A stretch of DNA of 61,503 bases, the filler included, from Stramenopiles sp. TOSAG23-6 (Eukaryota): NCBI GenBank assembly GCA_900128565.1. It is 4 parts of 4 records of this genome, joined end to end, with 100 filler letters (N's around TTAATTAATTAA, not from the genome) between each part and the next. Parts side by side here need not be neighbours in the genome. Positions count along the whole stretch, not along the records: positions 1 to 15,330 come from LT636119.1; positions 15,431 to 30,752 come from LT636120.1; 2 more parts are not named here. One strand, 5' to 3'. Made by a program: the position numbers and the translations under genes. The notes under the pieces are model-generated. The model worked only from the letters and a program-made list of their open reading frames with translations, had not been told where the DNA came from and did no database searches. Positions 11,907-24,400 of the stretch are shown here, in pieces; position 1 is the stretch's first letter; each line of letters opens with the position of its first letter.

Positions 11907-13599
11907 TTATGCAGCTTCTTCCATTATTTCTGCATCAACAACTAATCGTGATGTATTTTCAGCTCCATATATTTTGGAAAAATATTTCAAAAAAAAAATC
12001 AAAAAAAAAATTGTTAGGTACAAAATTTCGTACGAAAAAAAAATAAATTCGAAATTCGATTTTTTTGTAAAAAAAAAAAAATAAAACGTTCATATATCTC
12101 AGCATAACGTTTTTGTTGACGAAGTGCTAACCAATGATTAATATCCCAAATAGATGCCAATGGTTTTTGATCAAGACCACAAGGTTGATAATTTGGAGGT
12201 CCATGCTCAGGTTGCATTGTGACAAATTCATCCCCTCTCTCATCTGCGGCTGCCCAACACATATATTTTGGAAAAATATTTCCAAAAAAATCTAAAAAAA
12301 AATTGTTAGGTACAACATTTCGTACGAAAAAAAAAATTCATACAAAACTTTTTTTTTTTTTTTTTAAAACATACATATCCCACCAACGTTCAAATCCCTT
12401 TGTATATGGCAGCCATTGTTCAATTCGTGGATCAGATACTTGAGGTCCATGTATTTTGGAAAAATATTTCAAATGTTTTTTTGTTAGGTACAAAATTTCG
12501 TACGAAAAAAAAAATATTTCAAAAAAATATTTCAAAAAAAAATTCTAAAAAATTTGTTAGGTACAAAATTTACTATAAAAAATAAATTCGATTTTTTTTT
12601 TTTTACCGGGAAAAAAAATAAAAAAAATAAAACATACATTTAGTAATCGACAATTTGCTTCAGCTTTTGATTTTTCAACAGCTTTTTTTGATAAACTTAA
12701 TAAATCTATTTTTTTTGTTTTTTTCCGTCTTGATTTTTTTTGCTTTGATGAATTTGATGAATTTGATGAATTACTTACTGAGTTATTTGTAGAACTAGAA
12801 GATAAAGTATCACTAGAAGAAGATCTAGATGATGACGATAAAGTGTCTGAAATCACTGAACTAGGGTTAGGGTTATCTGAAATGGTTGAATCAGCATCTT
12901 CATTTTCTAAATGTAATGAAGTATCTATCAAATTTTTTTGTCCTAAAATTTTCATTGCTTTATCAGTGATAATATAAGACCATTGTTTTAAATGTAGTTC
13001 ATCCGCTTCAAGTAATTCAGAAGGAATATCAGAAAACCCCCGAATATTGTGAAAAATATTTCAAATTTTTTTAAAAATGTTTGTTAGGTACAAAATTATC
13101 TACGAAAAAAAAAAAAAAAAAATTTCAAAAAAATTTCAAAAAAAAAATGTAAAAAAATAAAAATAAATCCTAACCCTAATGAGAACTCACCTGTACCTGT
13201 TCTTTTTTTATATTCCTTCATCACATCAAAAATACCACCAGGGGGATTTTTTTTCCTTTTATCTTGTTTTTTTGTTTCTATTTCAGTACTGTCTATTTCT
13301 GGTTCCTTTTGTTTTTTTATGTTTTTGCGTTTTTTATGTTTTTTATGTTTTTTATGGGCATTCTCATCAGATGTGTTATCGACGTCACTTTCTGAAGTTG
13401 TCGAATACTCACTATAACTATTATCACTATTTGTACAATATTCTGGATGTGTTGATGAGTCTTTAGATAATGCCAGTGATTCTTTTGAATCTTTTGTGTC
13501 ACTTTTAATAGGTTCCTTGTGTTTCGTTTGCTCTGCATCTTTTTCATTATTGTTGTTGTCATAGATTTGACTCTTTATTCTTTTTTGATTGTATTCCAT
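11907..13599 (-). CDS. Hypothetical protein, 5 exons (13599-13191, 13041-12638, 12448-12375, 12260-12092, 11966-11907)
   Basis: Four family introns; exon lengths and phases give one continuous frame ending IYGAENTSRLVDAEIMEEAA*. Confidence 0.75.
11967..12091 (-). mobile_element. Family intron, GA..AT, 125 nt
   Basis: Donor position reads GAACGT; ATATATG direct repeat across both junctions. Confidence 0.75.
12261..12374 (-). mobile_element. Family intron, GT..AT, 114 nt
   Basis: WWDM|CWAA; ATATGT direct repeat. Confidence 0.85.
12449..12637 (-). mobile_element. Family intron with two tandem cores, GT..AT, 189 nt
   Basis: Two GTACCTAAC cores; RLLN|GPQV. Confidence 0.8.
13042..13190 (-). mobile_element. 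Family intron, CAG|GTGAGT..TC, 149 nt
   Basis: Strong U1-type donor, core, CACAATATTC end; restores the frame. Confidence 0.75.
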
Positions 13600-14059
13600 A
13601 TTTAAGTTCTTCTATATACCTTGAAATAATTGATGGAATTACACTGTATTTGTCTTTAAACCTTGATATACATCTGTATTTTGTTATATAATGTCTCGTT
13701 TTGTTCGTTTAACAATGTGGATAATGATAATAATATATGTATACAATATAGTGTGATTTGATTTACTGTACGTAGTATCAAAAAACAAAATGACAGTTTC
13801 ACCAAAATCGTTACATCTCAGATCGATCGCACGAAATATTGATACTATATTATGACCCAAAAATATGTAAAATTGCGGAGCAAATATATCAAAAAAATTA
13901 AAAAAGTGTCAATTTGCGGAGAAGAACAACAATCTTCTCCTCCTCAATTTATACGTATTGACGTGATATTGTTTGTATTGTTACTATATGATTGGAATTC
14001 GATACGATTGGACGAGTCTCTCCAAGTCTACAGCCTAGTCTATTATACATTACTATACA

Positions 14060-14341
14060 ATGGTAAAATGTGGATGTCGATTCACTGAAGCAACTGGTCC
14101 ATGTAATCGGTGCATAATTTGCTGTGAAGATTTACAGTGTCGACAAAGCTTCCACATACGAGATCCTTTGTGTGAACATATAGCGCTAGATTTCAATTGT
14201 GCATGTGGTAGACGTGCTACTGGACACTGTAAGAGATGTTTCATATGCTGTGAAGATGGTAAATGCCGAAAATTTCATTGTGATACTAGTGTGGCGGTTC
14301 TTCTCGGTACTACTTTACCTGTCAATAATGCAGATATATGA
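14060..14341 (+). CDS. Small Cys-rich protein with two CxCG...ATGxCxRCxICCED repeats
   Basis: 93-aa ORF with duplicated Cys pattern. Confidence 0.55.
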   Translation: MVKCGCRFTEATGPCNRCIICCEDLQCRQSFHIRDPLCEHIALDFNCACGRRATGHCKRCFICCEDGKCRKFHCDTSVAVLLGTTLPVNNADI

Positions 14342-15330
14342 TAAAATCGAATGCGGAAGAAAGTCGTTACGTTACTTTGTATGGTACGTATACGGTTAAG
14401 TACTCTCCCAGTCATCTCAACACTTCATACACAATGTATCACAAATAAATCTACTTAAATATATCTATGCTTGAAAATATCATATTTAAAAGAATCGATA
14501 ATACTATATGGAAATTCTTCAACAAACAAACAATGTTTTTCTTGAACAAAATAATTATTGAAAACGATAGAATCTTTTATTTTTATAAAGCCAAATAAAA
14601 GCGTTTAAAACTAGTTTTGAACATTTTCTGAAAAAACATGGTACGCTACATCACAATCCGTACAACACTAGCTAGAGAGATCATATATATCGACAAATAA
14701 TTTATCCAATTAATTCGTTTCGACGTTTCGTTGTAGCAGAATTATTCAAGAATTGCTTGTGCTTTTTCTGTTTGCTCTTTCAATGCCGTTGTTACTCGTT
14801 GTGCTTCAGCAATTGTTTTTTTCAAGTCATCATTAGCGATTGTTTTTTCCAAATCATCTTTTTCTGTTTGGTTTGTTTGAGCTGTCTTTGAAACTGTTTT
14901 TTTTGACCAAGGGAACATACTCCGGAGATTTGTTAATTTCGCTTTCACATAATCTTTTACTTTCGTAACTTTTTTGGTTACAGCATTTCTCACTGTTGTA
15001 ACTTTGTTAGCTACAGCTTTAAAAAATTTCTTCGCGTTGCTCTTTTCGTGACAAAGCCTGATGGTCTTTCGTATGTCGAATCACCCGTATTGATCTTCTT
15101 TAGGTTTTTGCATTGCTTCTTCAGTTCTTCATCATTATGAGCAGCATGGACGTATCTGCCTGACTCTTTCATAAACCGCTTTTCAGAAAAATCCAATTGA
15201 TTTGTCGGTGTCGTTGCCCAAGGGGTGCCCCGTATGACATATAGAAGATTATCCAAACATTCAACAATACTGAAAGGTTTTTTTGAATTAAATGAAATGC
15301 CTAAAAAAGTAGCTATTGTTGGTGCTGGAT

Positions 15331-15430
15331 NNNNNNNNNNNNNNNNNNNNNNNNNNNNNNNNNNNNNNNNNNNNTTAATTAATTAANNNNNNNNNNNNNN
15401 NNNNNNNNNNNNNNNNNNNNNNNNNNNNNN
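15331..15430. other. Artificial contig spacer
   Basis: N-run with the six-frame-stop linker TTAATTAATTAA. Confidence 0.95.
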
Positions 15431-15449
15431 GTTTCCGATCATATTTTTT

Positions 15450-18400
15450 ATGTCTAAAGTCCCCGACCACCAATGCACTCACATAAAGAGTTGCCCGGTT
15501 GGCGAAGAATTGCAGAAATGTACTCCTGCATCTGATACCACATGCATACCTTGCAAAGAGAATATGGTAAAGCTTTCTACAGGACTTGGTAAATGTAAAC
15601 CATGTGCCCCTAAACTAGAATGCAAAGGAATGAATATGAGTTTCAAAAAGTGTACAAACTCAACTGAAGGATTTTGTTCGCCATGTACATATGAATTAGG
15701 ATCGTGTCTTGCTGGAACTATTCCAACAAAGTGTAATACATGTGAACCGTGCCCGGAGAATACGTTTGCCATAAGAGGTAGCAATTACTGTGAGAAATGT
15801 ACTCCTTCATCACGTGTGAAATGCCTCGCCGGAGAGGTAAAAGTAAAGTGCAGTAAAACACAAGACACGCATTGCACCGCATGTCCAGAAGGCAAGTATA
15901 TTGAAGAAGACAGTAAGATTGGCGCCAAGTGTAAAGAATGTGTGAAACCGCGCCCTTGTGGAATTGCCTCAACATTCCATAAATGCTTTGGTGGATACTC
16001 TGGTGGTTGTCAATCGTGTACAAATGAAATCAAAGAACCCACATATATTACTAAAATAGAAGGTAAATATCAATGTAGGAGATGCACACAGCAAAATTGC
16101 AAAGTAGGATTCGAATTTGAAGCTTGTTCAGCTCACAGTGATTCGAAATGCAAGAGGTGTCCAAAAGGCACATGGTCGAATGGCAACATTTCTAAATGCG
16201 AAGCGTGTAAGACACCATTATGTAAGAGAGGTCATGGTCCAATTGCATGTACTGCTGAAAGAAATACAGTATGTAGTATTTGTGAGAAAGGAAAGTTTTC
16301 CGATGGTACAAGCGCGTGTCAGGAGTGTACTCATCCGTTGTGCCAAGCTGGTTATCATGTTGTACCATGTACCACAACTCATGATTCATCTTGTCGGAAG
16401 AAAGCGTGTGGTCGAAGCGCGCATATGTACTATAAAAGTTCTATTGATGAAGACGTGGTGAACTCTGTTTTGATGTATCCATTGGATGTTTTCCCTCCTA
16501 ATCACCCGCTTGTCAATGGTGATATGACATGTTCTCAAATGTTTAAACCACTTACAAACTTACCAATACTTGCAAAATCGAGACGAAATTGTGTGAAAGA
16601 CCTCAACGCCATGGAATTATTAATTGCAGATGGCTGGCCTCTTCAGAACTCAAAATTTGCATTGAAAGCGAATTCCAATTGGATGTTTTGGAACCAAGAT
16701 TTAGATGAACAAAATTACTTTGTGTTTGGTTTAACACCTGGAGAATCAATGACTGTAAATATTTCAATTGATGCGTCAGAATCATTGGAGGATGGCGAAT
16801 TTCTTAAAGCCGAGTATTTCAATAGTGAAATATACCCAAACATTAAGCCTAAGTTTGAATGGAACAAGTGTTCAGTTAAAAAGGTGAAAAGCCACGAAAA
16901 CTGTTTTGCATGGAACGCATCAACTGGTAAGGGAACGATGCAATGGTATTTAGAAAAGCCAAATAATATTGAGGTAAGCGCTCTGATAATTGGACCATTT
17001 CCTGATCGAAGGTCCTGCTTCAAAATTAATTACTCTCTTGGTACACTCAACAACTTATCCACGTATAAATTCATGGAGTGGGATTCCATTAGCGCAGTGT
17101 TAAAACCGAAAGAATTCAGCTATCAAGCAGTTCAGAATGGTATTAAAATATGCCTTGATAAGAAGGATTGTCCTGATTTTCATCACTATACTTCAGATAC
17201 TGTCAACACAATCACGAAAACTAAAAGTGGATACAAATGGAGTTCGCAGTTTTCCCTGTGGCTCCCTGCAGTACGTAAAAAGGAACATTTTAATCGCAAG
17301 CTTGCTGCTGATGAGACTGATGATGAGGTTGCAGGCGTTGATGATCTCAACTCCAAAGATGTACTCGTGCTTACAAAGAGCATTTCAAATATACTCCAAG
17401 AAGTTTCCGACTATGCCTCAAGTCAGACAGACATGCATATTGTTGGAATTTCCCGTTCGGTGGTACAAACTACCGAGAATCTAACTTTATACGAGATTAA
17501 GTACAGTGTAAGTATGCCGGGTAATAAATATAAAGAAGTAACTTCTTCCTTTGCGGGGCTCATACAGACAGGTAGATTTCAAACTGAATTAAAGAAACAA
17601 GGTCATGAAGCAGGTATTTCTACGTTTTCACTTCTGAACGCTGATGAAATATGCTGTCTTCATATTTTAGATGGAACGCGAAAAATTTCATCGGCACATT
17701 TATACGAGGGGAAGCCACGATGGAAAGGCATCTCGTCAAGCCTTTCGTGGAAGACATCGCCGAATGAATGCAATTTACTCAGTGGATATTGTGATGTTCA
17801 TTTTGAATTGACAAATACATATATGGAATGTGCTTGGGATGATCCTGAATGTGGGGCATTACCAAAATGTTGCCACGATAAGACAAATCCGAGTTTATGT
17901 GAAAAGGAAGACCCAAGAACGGGTGTTACAAACCCAATTTGTGGGGAAGGAAATTTTGCTCTCCCAGGTAATTTTGACTTTGGTGATGGATCACCCCCTA
18001 AAGATCTCAGTAAAAAAGATAGCCCGCGGGGTGTATTCAAATATTATGATGCAGAGATGGGTTATACAACATTTACAACAAAATTGAAGCATACGTATTC
18101 CGTTACAGAAAATATTGGGGAAACAACTTTTGAGGCCACATTCATTGATACTCGCGGACGATTAATTTCTTGTGGGTCGAATTTGAAATCTAGTGAAATA
18201 TGCACTAGGTCAAGTGGAGGAAGTCAATTTGGTTCATGGACTAAAGTTCGTATTCGAAAAGCACAGCAACTATCCAAGGAAGGTATTCATTATCCAGACG
18301 ACTTCTCTTCTCCAATTTCCAATATATCACCAATCATTTCAGTGTTTATTGGGGATGAACAATTAATACCAATTTCTGCATTTGATTCTTCAAGTTCGGG

Positions 18401-21400
18401 TTTATTATTTCGTCTATCTTCGAATGATGAAGTATCATCATCAAATAGCGCTATTCTGAAAGCCCTTGGGTTGCAGTTTTTGAATGGCCCACAATTGACA
18501 AACTCTAAAGGCCAGCGAGGTATGAATCCATTAATACAGTCTACTGGAAGTCATGGTTACATAAAATGGGATACAACGGATATGCCGGCAGGTTTGTATC
18601 CTATACGAGTTACCATTATGGATGGTTCTGGTAATGAGAGTGCTACAGAATTTACCATAAGATTAGTTGATACTATATTTGGGTGTTCACCAGGATGTCC
18701 TAGCGATTCAATAGAGGAAAAAACTAAATGCACTAAATCATGTACGAATGATAGTCAGTGCGAATGTGGTAGCTGTCTTCCACTACCGCGCCCTCAAATT
18801 AAGGGTATACGAACCATAATTACTCCTCCGAAGTGTGATATGATATTGAATAATATATCTTCCACAACATCGGATACGTTAATATCTGTTGTTAAGACAA
18901 ATGTTTTGCCTGATAATGCAGTATTCATACCAGGCGAACCGAGTAATCCTCGTGCTTCTGCCGTCAGATGGACTCCAAAGATGTCTTCAGGGGGTGAATC
19001 ATTTCATATTGAAATGCATGCGAGTATTTGCCATGGCGAAAACTCACAGGGGATTGAAAGTATTCCATTTACAACTAAAATACATGTACCATCTGTACCC
19101 ATGCAACTGGTAATACGCCCATTCCATGATCTTCGTTTATGTGAATCACTCATTGGGAAATTGACATGGACTGATGTTGGCGCAGCAATGGGATTACACA
19201 ACACATTTGATATTGACATTTGTCCACATAAAAACCCAAAAGAGTTCAAAAATGGAGGTTGTATTAACATTGATACCAATATACAAAATGCGTGTAAAAT
19301 CGGACCGTCAGAAAACGCAGGGCTGTGTAGTTTACAACATGCAAATAGTTTACTCGGTGCACTTAAAAAACAAGCTGAGAAATGGAAAATTCCACAGAGA
19401 ATGGAGAATATACCTTATATTATTCGCATTAGTAGCAGTCGCTTTAAGTCTTGTCAAAGATCAGTTCGAAGTCAACCATTTAACATTATATTCCCCGCAG
19501 TGGATATCACATTTGTAATACCCACGATTACAGACGTATGTAACGGGTACTCACTAATGAGAACATGTAAAACACAAGTTGTAATTTCTTCATTGGTACA
19601 ACAACATAATGTAAAACTTGAACTCTGTGGTTCCGATGTCTCACGAAACACCCCATGTCATTTTCTAGAAACGAGAAGTATACCCCAAGGAACGAGCAAT
19701 TTTGCTTTCATAGTACCTGATTATGATACTACTATGAAGCTGGGACTTGGAAATGTTCTTTACTTACGCGCAAGTAGCCCTTGTGCAAAACCTTCAGATT
19801 CAACTGCATTTGAAGTTTATCCGCCCCCTGTTATGGACGTACTTAATTCGAAGTTTTTTGAGAATTCAAAATTGTACAAAGGTGCTGTTTATTCGATACA
19901 TATGCGTATAGCAACAAAAATGCTTGTGGATAATATTGATAATAGAGGTCTCACATTGCACATTTGTAAAGATGATAACATATGCGAGGCCTTCACGCGT
20001 AGCAAAACTAGTAGTAATGCAAATATTATTACGGAAGGAATTAGTTTTTCATATTTCACAGAAAATATAACGGATGTTAAATTATCGTGGGCTGTCCCTA
20101 GTGTTTTTGTACCAGGAAATTATAAATTCAAGATTGGATTTGCCAACAAATTTTGTTCTCCGAAAAAAATCATTCCCTTTTCAGTTAGTTCTAAGTGGCC
20201 TTCAGATTCTCTCAAATTAATTTCACCAATTGAAAGCCGTGACCTCTACTACTGCAATTCAGGTGTTCTTAAATGGAAAGTAAGAGAAGAACTGAAGGGT
20301 GTTCTGCTGAATATTACTGCAGACATGATTCCTAACACCGGAGACCGCTTTAAGCTAATAAGAAAATCTACATCAAATGATATAATCGAATTTGATGAAA
20401 TATTTTATGGTAATAATGTTTCCAAGGGTGCAATTGTGATTACATTAGGTGTTGCTAACGAGCCATTGAAAAGTTTAGTACCAAAACTAAAAGCTTCTTT
20501 TACCCTTGCAAGCATCGGAACGAAGGCGAATGCGGGGAATGCAATTCGAATTATTGAGCCAAGCAATGGCGATAGATGGGAACACTGTAAAGATCAAAAA
20601 GTTGAATGGGTTGCAAATTTATTTCCTTCCAAAGGATTTTCTATTTACATTTGCAAACCTAACTGGGATGGTTCCAAATGTGCTTCAAAGAAAGATATCG
20701 TGGTTCTTGCAACAGGTGTTATGGAAACAGAATTCACTGTTGAATCTTTGAATTCCGAGTGGATTGGTCCATATATATTGGGAGTTACACCTACTGGAGA
20801 TTTAGAAAGCAAATGTATTACACCAAGTTATGTAAAAATAATATTCTCAACAATGTATATTGATGACAATGAATTATTTAGAATTGGGGGCCCGCTTCCA
20901 GAAACTACATTCAACCTACAAAATCCGAACAAAGATTCTTCAGTGAAGTTTGAAAATTGTCGTTCATACAATGCGATGTGGGCCGGTACGGACGAATTTG
21001 AGCTATCCATTGAGATGTGCCCTACTTTGAAAAACAAATGTGTGACTTTACCTTTCGATCCATCGGATGACCTCGTTGGACTTCACAAGAACATTTTACA
21101 CTCTAAGATAACACTACCTTCTCAAACAAACCTTGGACAGGGAGAATATGATATTTCGATGATTGGGTACAAAAAAGGAAGTAATCGTACAGGAGGTAAA
21201 TGTATGACATCAAAGAGCGTTCGCATACCTATCACAAAGTATAGATCAAGAGATCGACCAATGAAAATGCAATTATTTCACATTGGGAAAGCTATTCAAC
21301 GGTGTGATACTGCAGAGTTTCCGTGGTATCTTGGAGATTTAGTCAAATCTGCAGATATTACTGTAACGTATAACAAGTATAATAGCGAATCTAATAAGTC

Positions 21401-24400
21401 GTGGCTTGGTAAAGTTGTATCACACGTACACACAACAGATCAATACTATAAAATAGTTTTTCAGCCCGATTGGCCTCTAGGCGTATATGACATTGTGATT
21501 AAAGCGTATAAAGACAAAGAAAATCGATATACTGGAAGTTGCGTACCTCCTTTAATCCATTCCTTTACGCTAAACATGGCACAAATTAGCATAATAAGAA
21601 ACAACAACGATGATACAACATTGAAAAGTTCCGCGGCTAACGGGAAACAACACACCCGACGTCTTGAAGATAAAGCTTATGAAGCTTGGCGGCAAGACTG
21701 CGGGCACACCATAAAATGGCGTATACCTGATATTACTCCCGGTACGGTATCTGTGTATTTGTGCAGAGAATCCATACACAAATCGCCCGAAACAAAAATT
21801 TCAGGATGTTTATTGATTACAAAGAACATGCCAAGGTCAACAGGAGAAATTGTTCTGTTTCATAGCAGCTTAGCGCCGAAACCCCCGCCGTCTACAATAC
21901 ATGACGAGGGTCGTGATAATAGACGACATCTTTTCGATGTTCGTGCATTGGTGGTCGGGGACTTTAGACATAAAAAATATGATCGGAAACACCCAGGTGG
22001 TTATGCCGTTAATTTAGACGTCGGTGAATTGTATTATATGAGAATTGTACCAGGCGAAGAAGACGCATCATGCATCAATCCAGATGAATTACCGATTATC
22101 ATAGATAGCTACAAAATACAGGAGTCACCTGAATATACTTACCAACAAAGCTCTTCCAATGATGAAAGTAATTGGCTCCGTCATCCAAAAGAAGAACGTC
22201 GACCAAATCGACCAATAAGATCGTCAGGGCGCCGAGCAGACCGACCAGTAAGAAGGGGAGGGCGCCGAAGGCTGGTCTCAACTTGTATTATTCCTGGGTT
22301 AAATGTTTTCGAAGGTGGAATTGATTACACAGTTCCGGCACCTGCTCCAGTTGTAGTCGATCATAGTAAAATAGTTACAAAGAAAGACAAAACTTCTGCA
22401 GATTCTTATGTACGATATGTTACAGTATTTGGCTTTCGCGTCAGAGAAAGCAAAAGGAAACAAGCTGTAGCTATTGGCATTGCAATTATTGCTGGTTTCA
22501 TTATTTCCTTCATTCTTTGTTTATACCGGATTCTAGGTTGTCTCCTCCAAGGTAAACACAAAGATGTTAAAAAAGATGATTCACCACTTGACCATATGAG
22601 GGACAATCCACTCATGCTTTCTACACAAAATCATAAATCTACAGAAGAGTTACAAAAATTACACTTCTCCAAGGCATTTAACGAACACCGAAGCTACGAT
22701 AATAATGCCCGCACGGCAGTTGAAGAAAAACGTAAACTACTACTACAAGAAAAAGAAATTTCATATGTAGATGTAGGTGTAGTAGCAGCACAAGAAGCTA
22801 GAGACGTTGCAGGTAGTTTGTACAGTCAGGTAACAGCAGCAGGTATCGCTGTTGCAGAAATTTGTGCACGAAACGGCAATGATATTTCGGACACCGCAAA
22901 ACTTGTTACCCAAGCCGCACAGCAAGCAGGTGGCAACGAGTTCGAAATATTTGAAACTGTTGGTATTTCTGCATCTTTCATTGGTCTTAATAAAAAGGAT
23001 TCTTTGGCTAACATCGGCCTCTCCGCGGCAAGAATAGTAGAGCGAATCGGTGGACCAAGAGTCGATATTATTTTGGCCGCAGCCAGAGCATCTGCATATG
23101 CGTCAAAAGCAAGGAAACACAAACCTATTGAAGTAGGTACATCTGCTGCTGTTGCCGCTGCTGCAGCTGGGGGCACTGTTGCTGAAATTGCTAAAATAGC
23201 TGGCGAGACAGCCGGACAAGCTGAAATAGAGTCCGGTGGTACGTACCTAAGCGCAGGGAAAGTTGCCGCAAAGGCTGCAAGTAAATCAGGTGGAACTGTT
23301 GCAGAAATTATAGCTGCTGCTGGAGCCGCAGCGGGAGCAGCTGCAACTGCTGATGGTAAGTTAGGGCATGAGGTTGGCGCAGTGGCCGCAAGTTCGGCAG
23401 TAGAAGCAGGTGGAAGTGTTGCTCAGTGTGCCGAAGCTGCAGGACTTGCTGCAGGTATATGCGAAACCCGAGGTGGTGGTATAACAGTAGAAGTTGCCAG
23501 TGTTGCAGCTAGAGCAGCCATTGCAGCCGGAGGAGTACGTAATGTAGTTGCCCAAGTCGCTGCAAAAGCTGCTACCATATCAGAGATGCAATACAATTGT
23601 ACACCTATCGAGGCTGGTGTTGTTGCGATGGATGCGGCCGAAGCAGCACTTGGTTCGGTTCCATTAATTATTGCAGCTGCTGGCGAAGCAGCCGCATATG
23701 TCAAGTATCGAAAAGGTGGAATTGCAGCAGCTTGTGGATTAGCTGCAATGAAAAGTGCTGAAGATGCCGGAGGTACAGCAACAGAGATTGCAAAGGCTGC
23801 TGGTATGGGAGCCGCAATGGCAAAGATAAACAGAGGCAAATCTTCAGTATCGACTGGCAGTGCCGCTGTAAAGGCGGCTAAGGCTGCCGGGGCAGACCCA
23901 CAGCTTGCGGCGTACATTGGCGGAATTGCGGCAGGTTTATCACAAATTATCAAAGGTTCATCCGCTTCAAAGGCTGGTGTAGCTGCAGAGAAAGCATGCA
24001 GGGCTGCTGGGGGTGATGTGTCAACCCAAGCATCGGTAGCTGGCGAATCAGCTGGATTATATCAAATTAAGGCAAGTCGATCTGTTAGTACAGTTGGGAT
24101 ATCGGCTGCTAAAGCTGCAAAAGCAGCTGGTGGTTCAAAGAGGGACATTGCACTAGCTTCTGGGAAATCTGCTGGTGCAGCCGAGTCTGCTCTTGGGAAA
24201 CCACCCGAAATAGCTGGGTCATCTGCTGCTATCGCAGCTAAATTAGCTGGTGGGTCATTGGCTGAACAAGCTGCAGCCGCAGGCGCTGCAGCAGCTGCAA
24301 ATATTGCTGGTTATGGAACCCACGCGGACGAAGTCACAGCGGCTGGAAAAGCTGCTGGTGTCGCAGCAATGTTAGCTGGAGGAACCACTGATGCTTCCGG

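Noticed and set aside
12014-12585. Short ORFs sharing peptides such as FFRTKFCT, SYEILYLT, VRYKISYEKK
   Set aside because: Translations of the intron core in various frames, not a protein family.
11967-13190. Spaced repeats as a CRISPR array
   Set aside because: Eukaryotic context; the spacers are in-frame exons, repeat lengths vary and there are no cas genes.
14742-15256. Two adjacent minus-strand ORFs as a gene or readthrough case
   Set aside because: Short, at a contig edge and without recognisable motifs; other genes use TAG as a normal stop.
15331-15430. TTAATTAATTAA within N runs (also 30753-30852, 46131-46230) as a biological motif
   Set aside because: Six-frame stop linker. Segment lengths 15330, 15322, 15278 and 15273 suggest length-sorted concatenated contigs, so synteny across spacers is meaningless.
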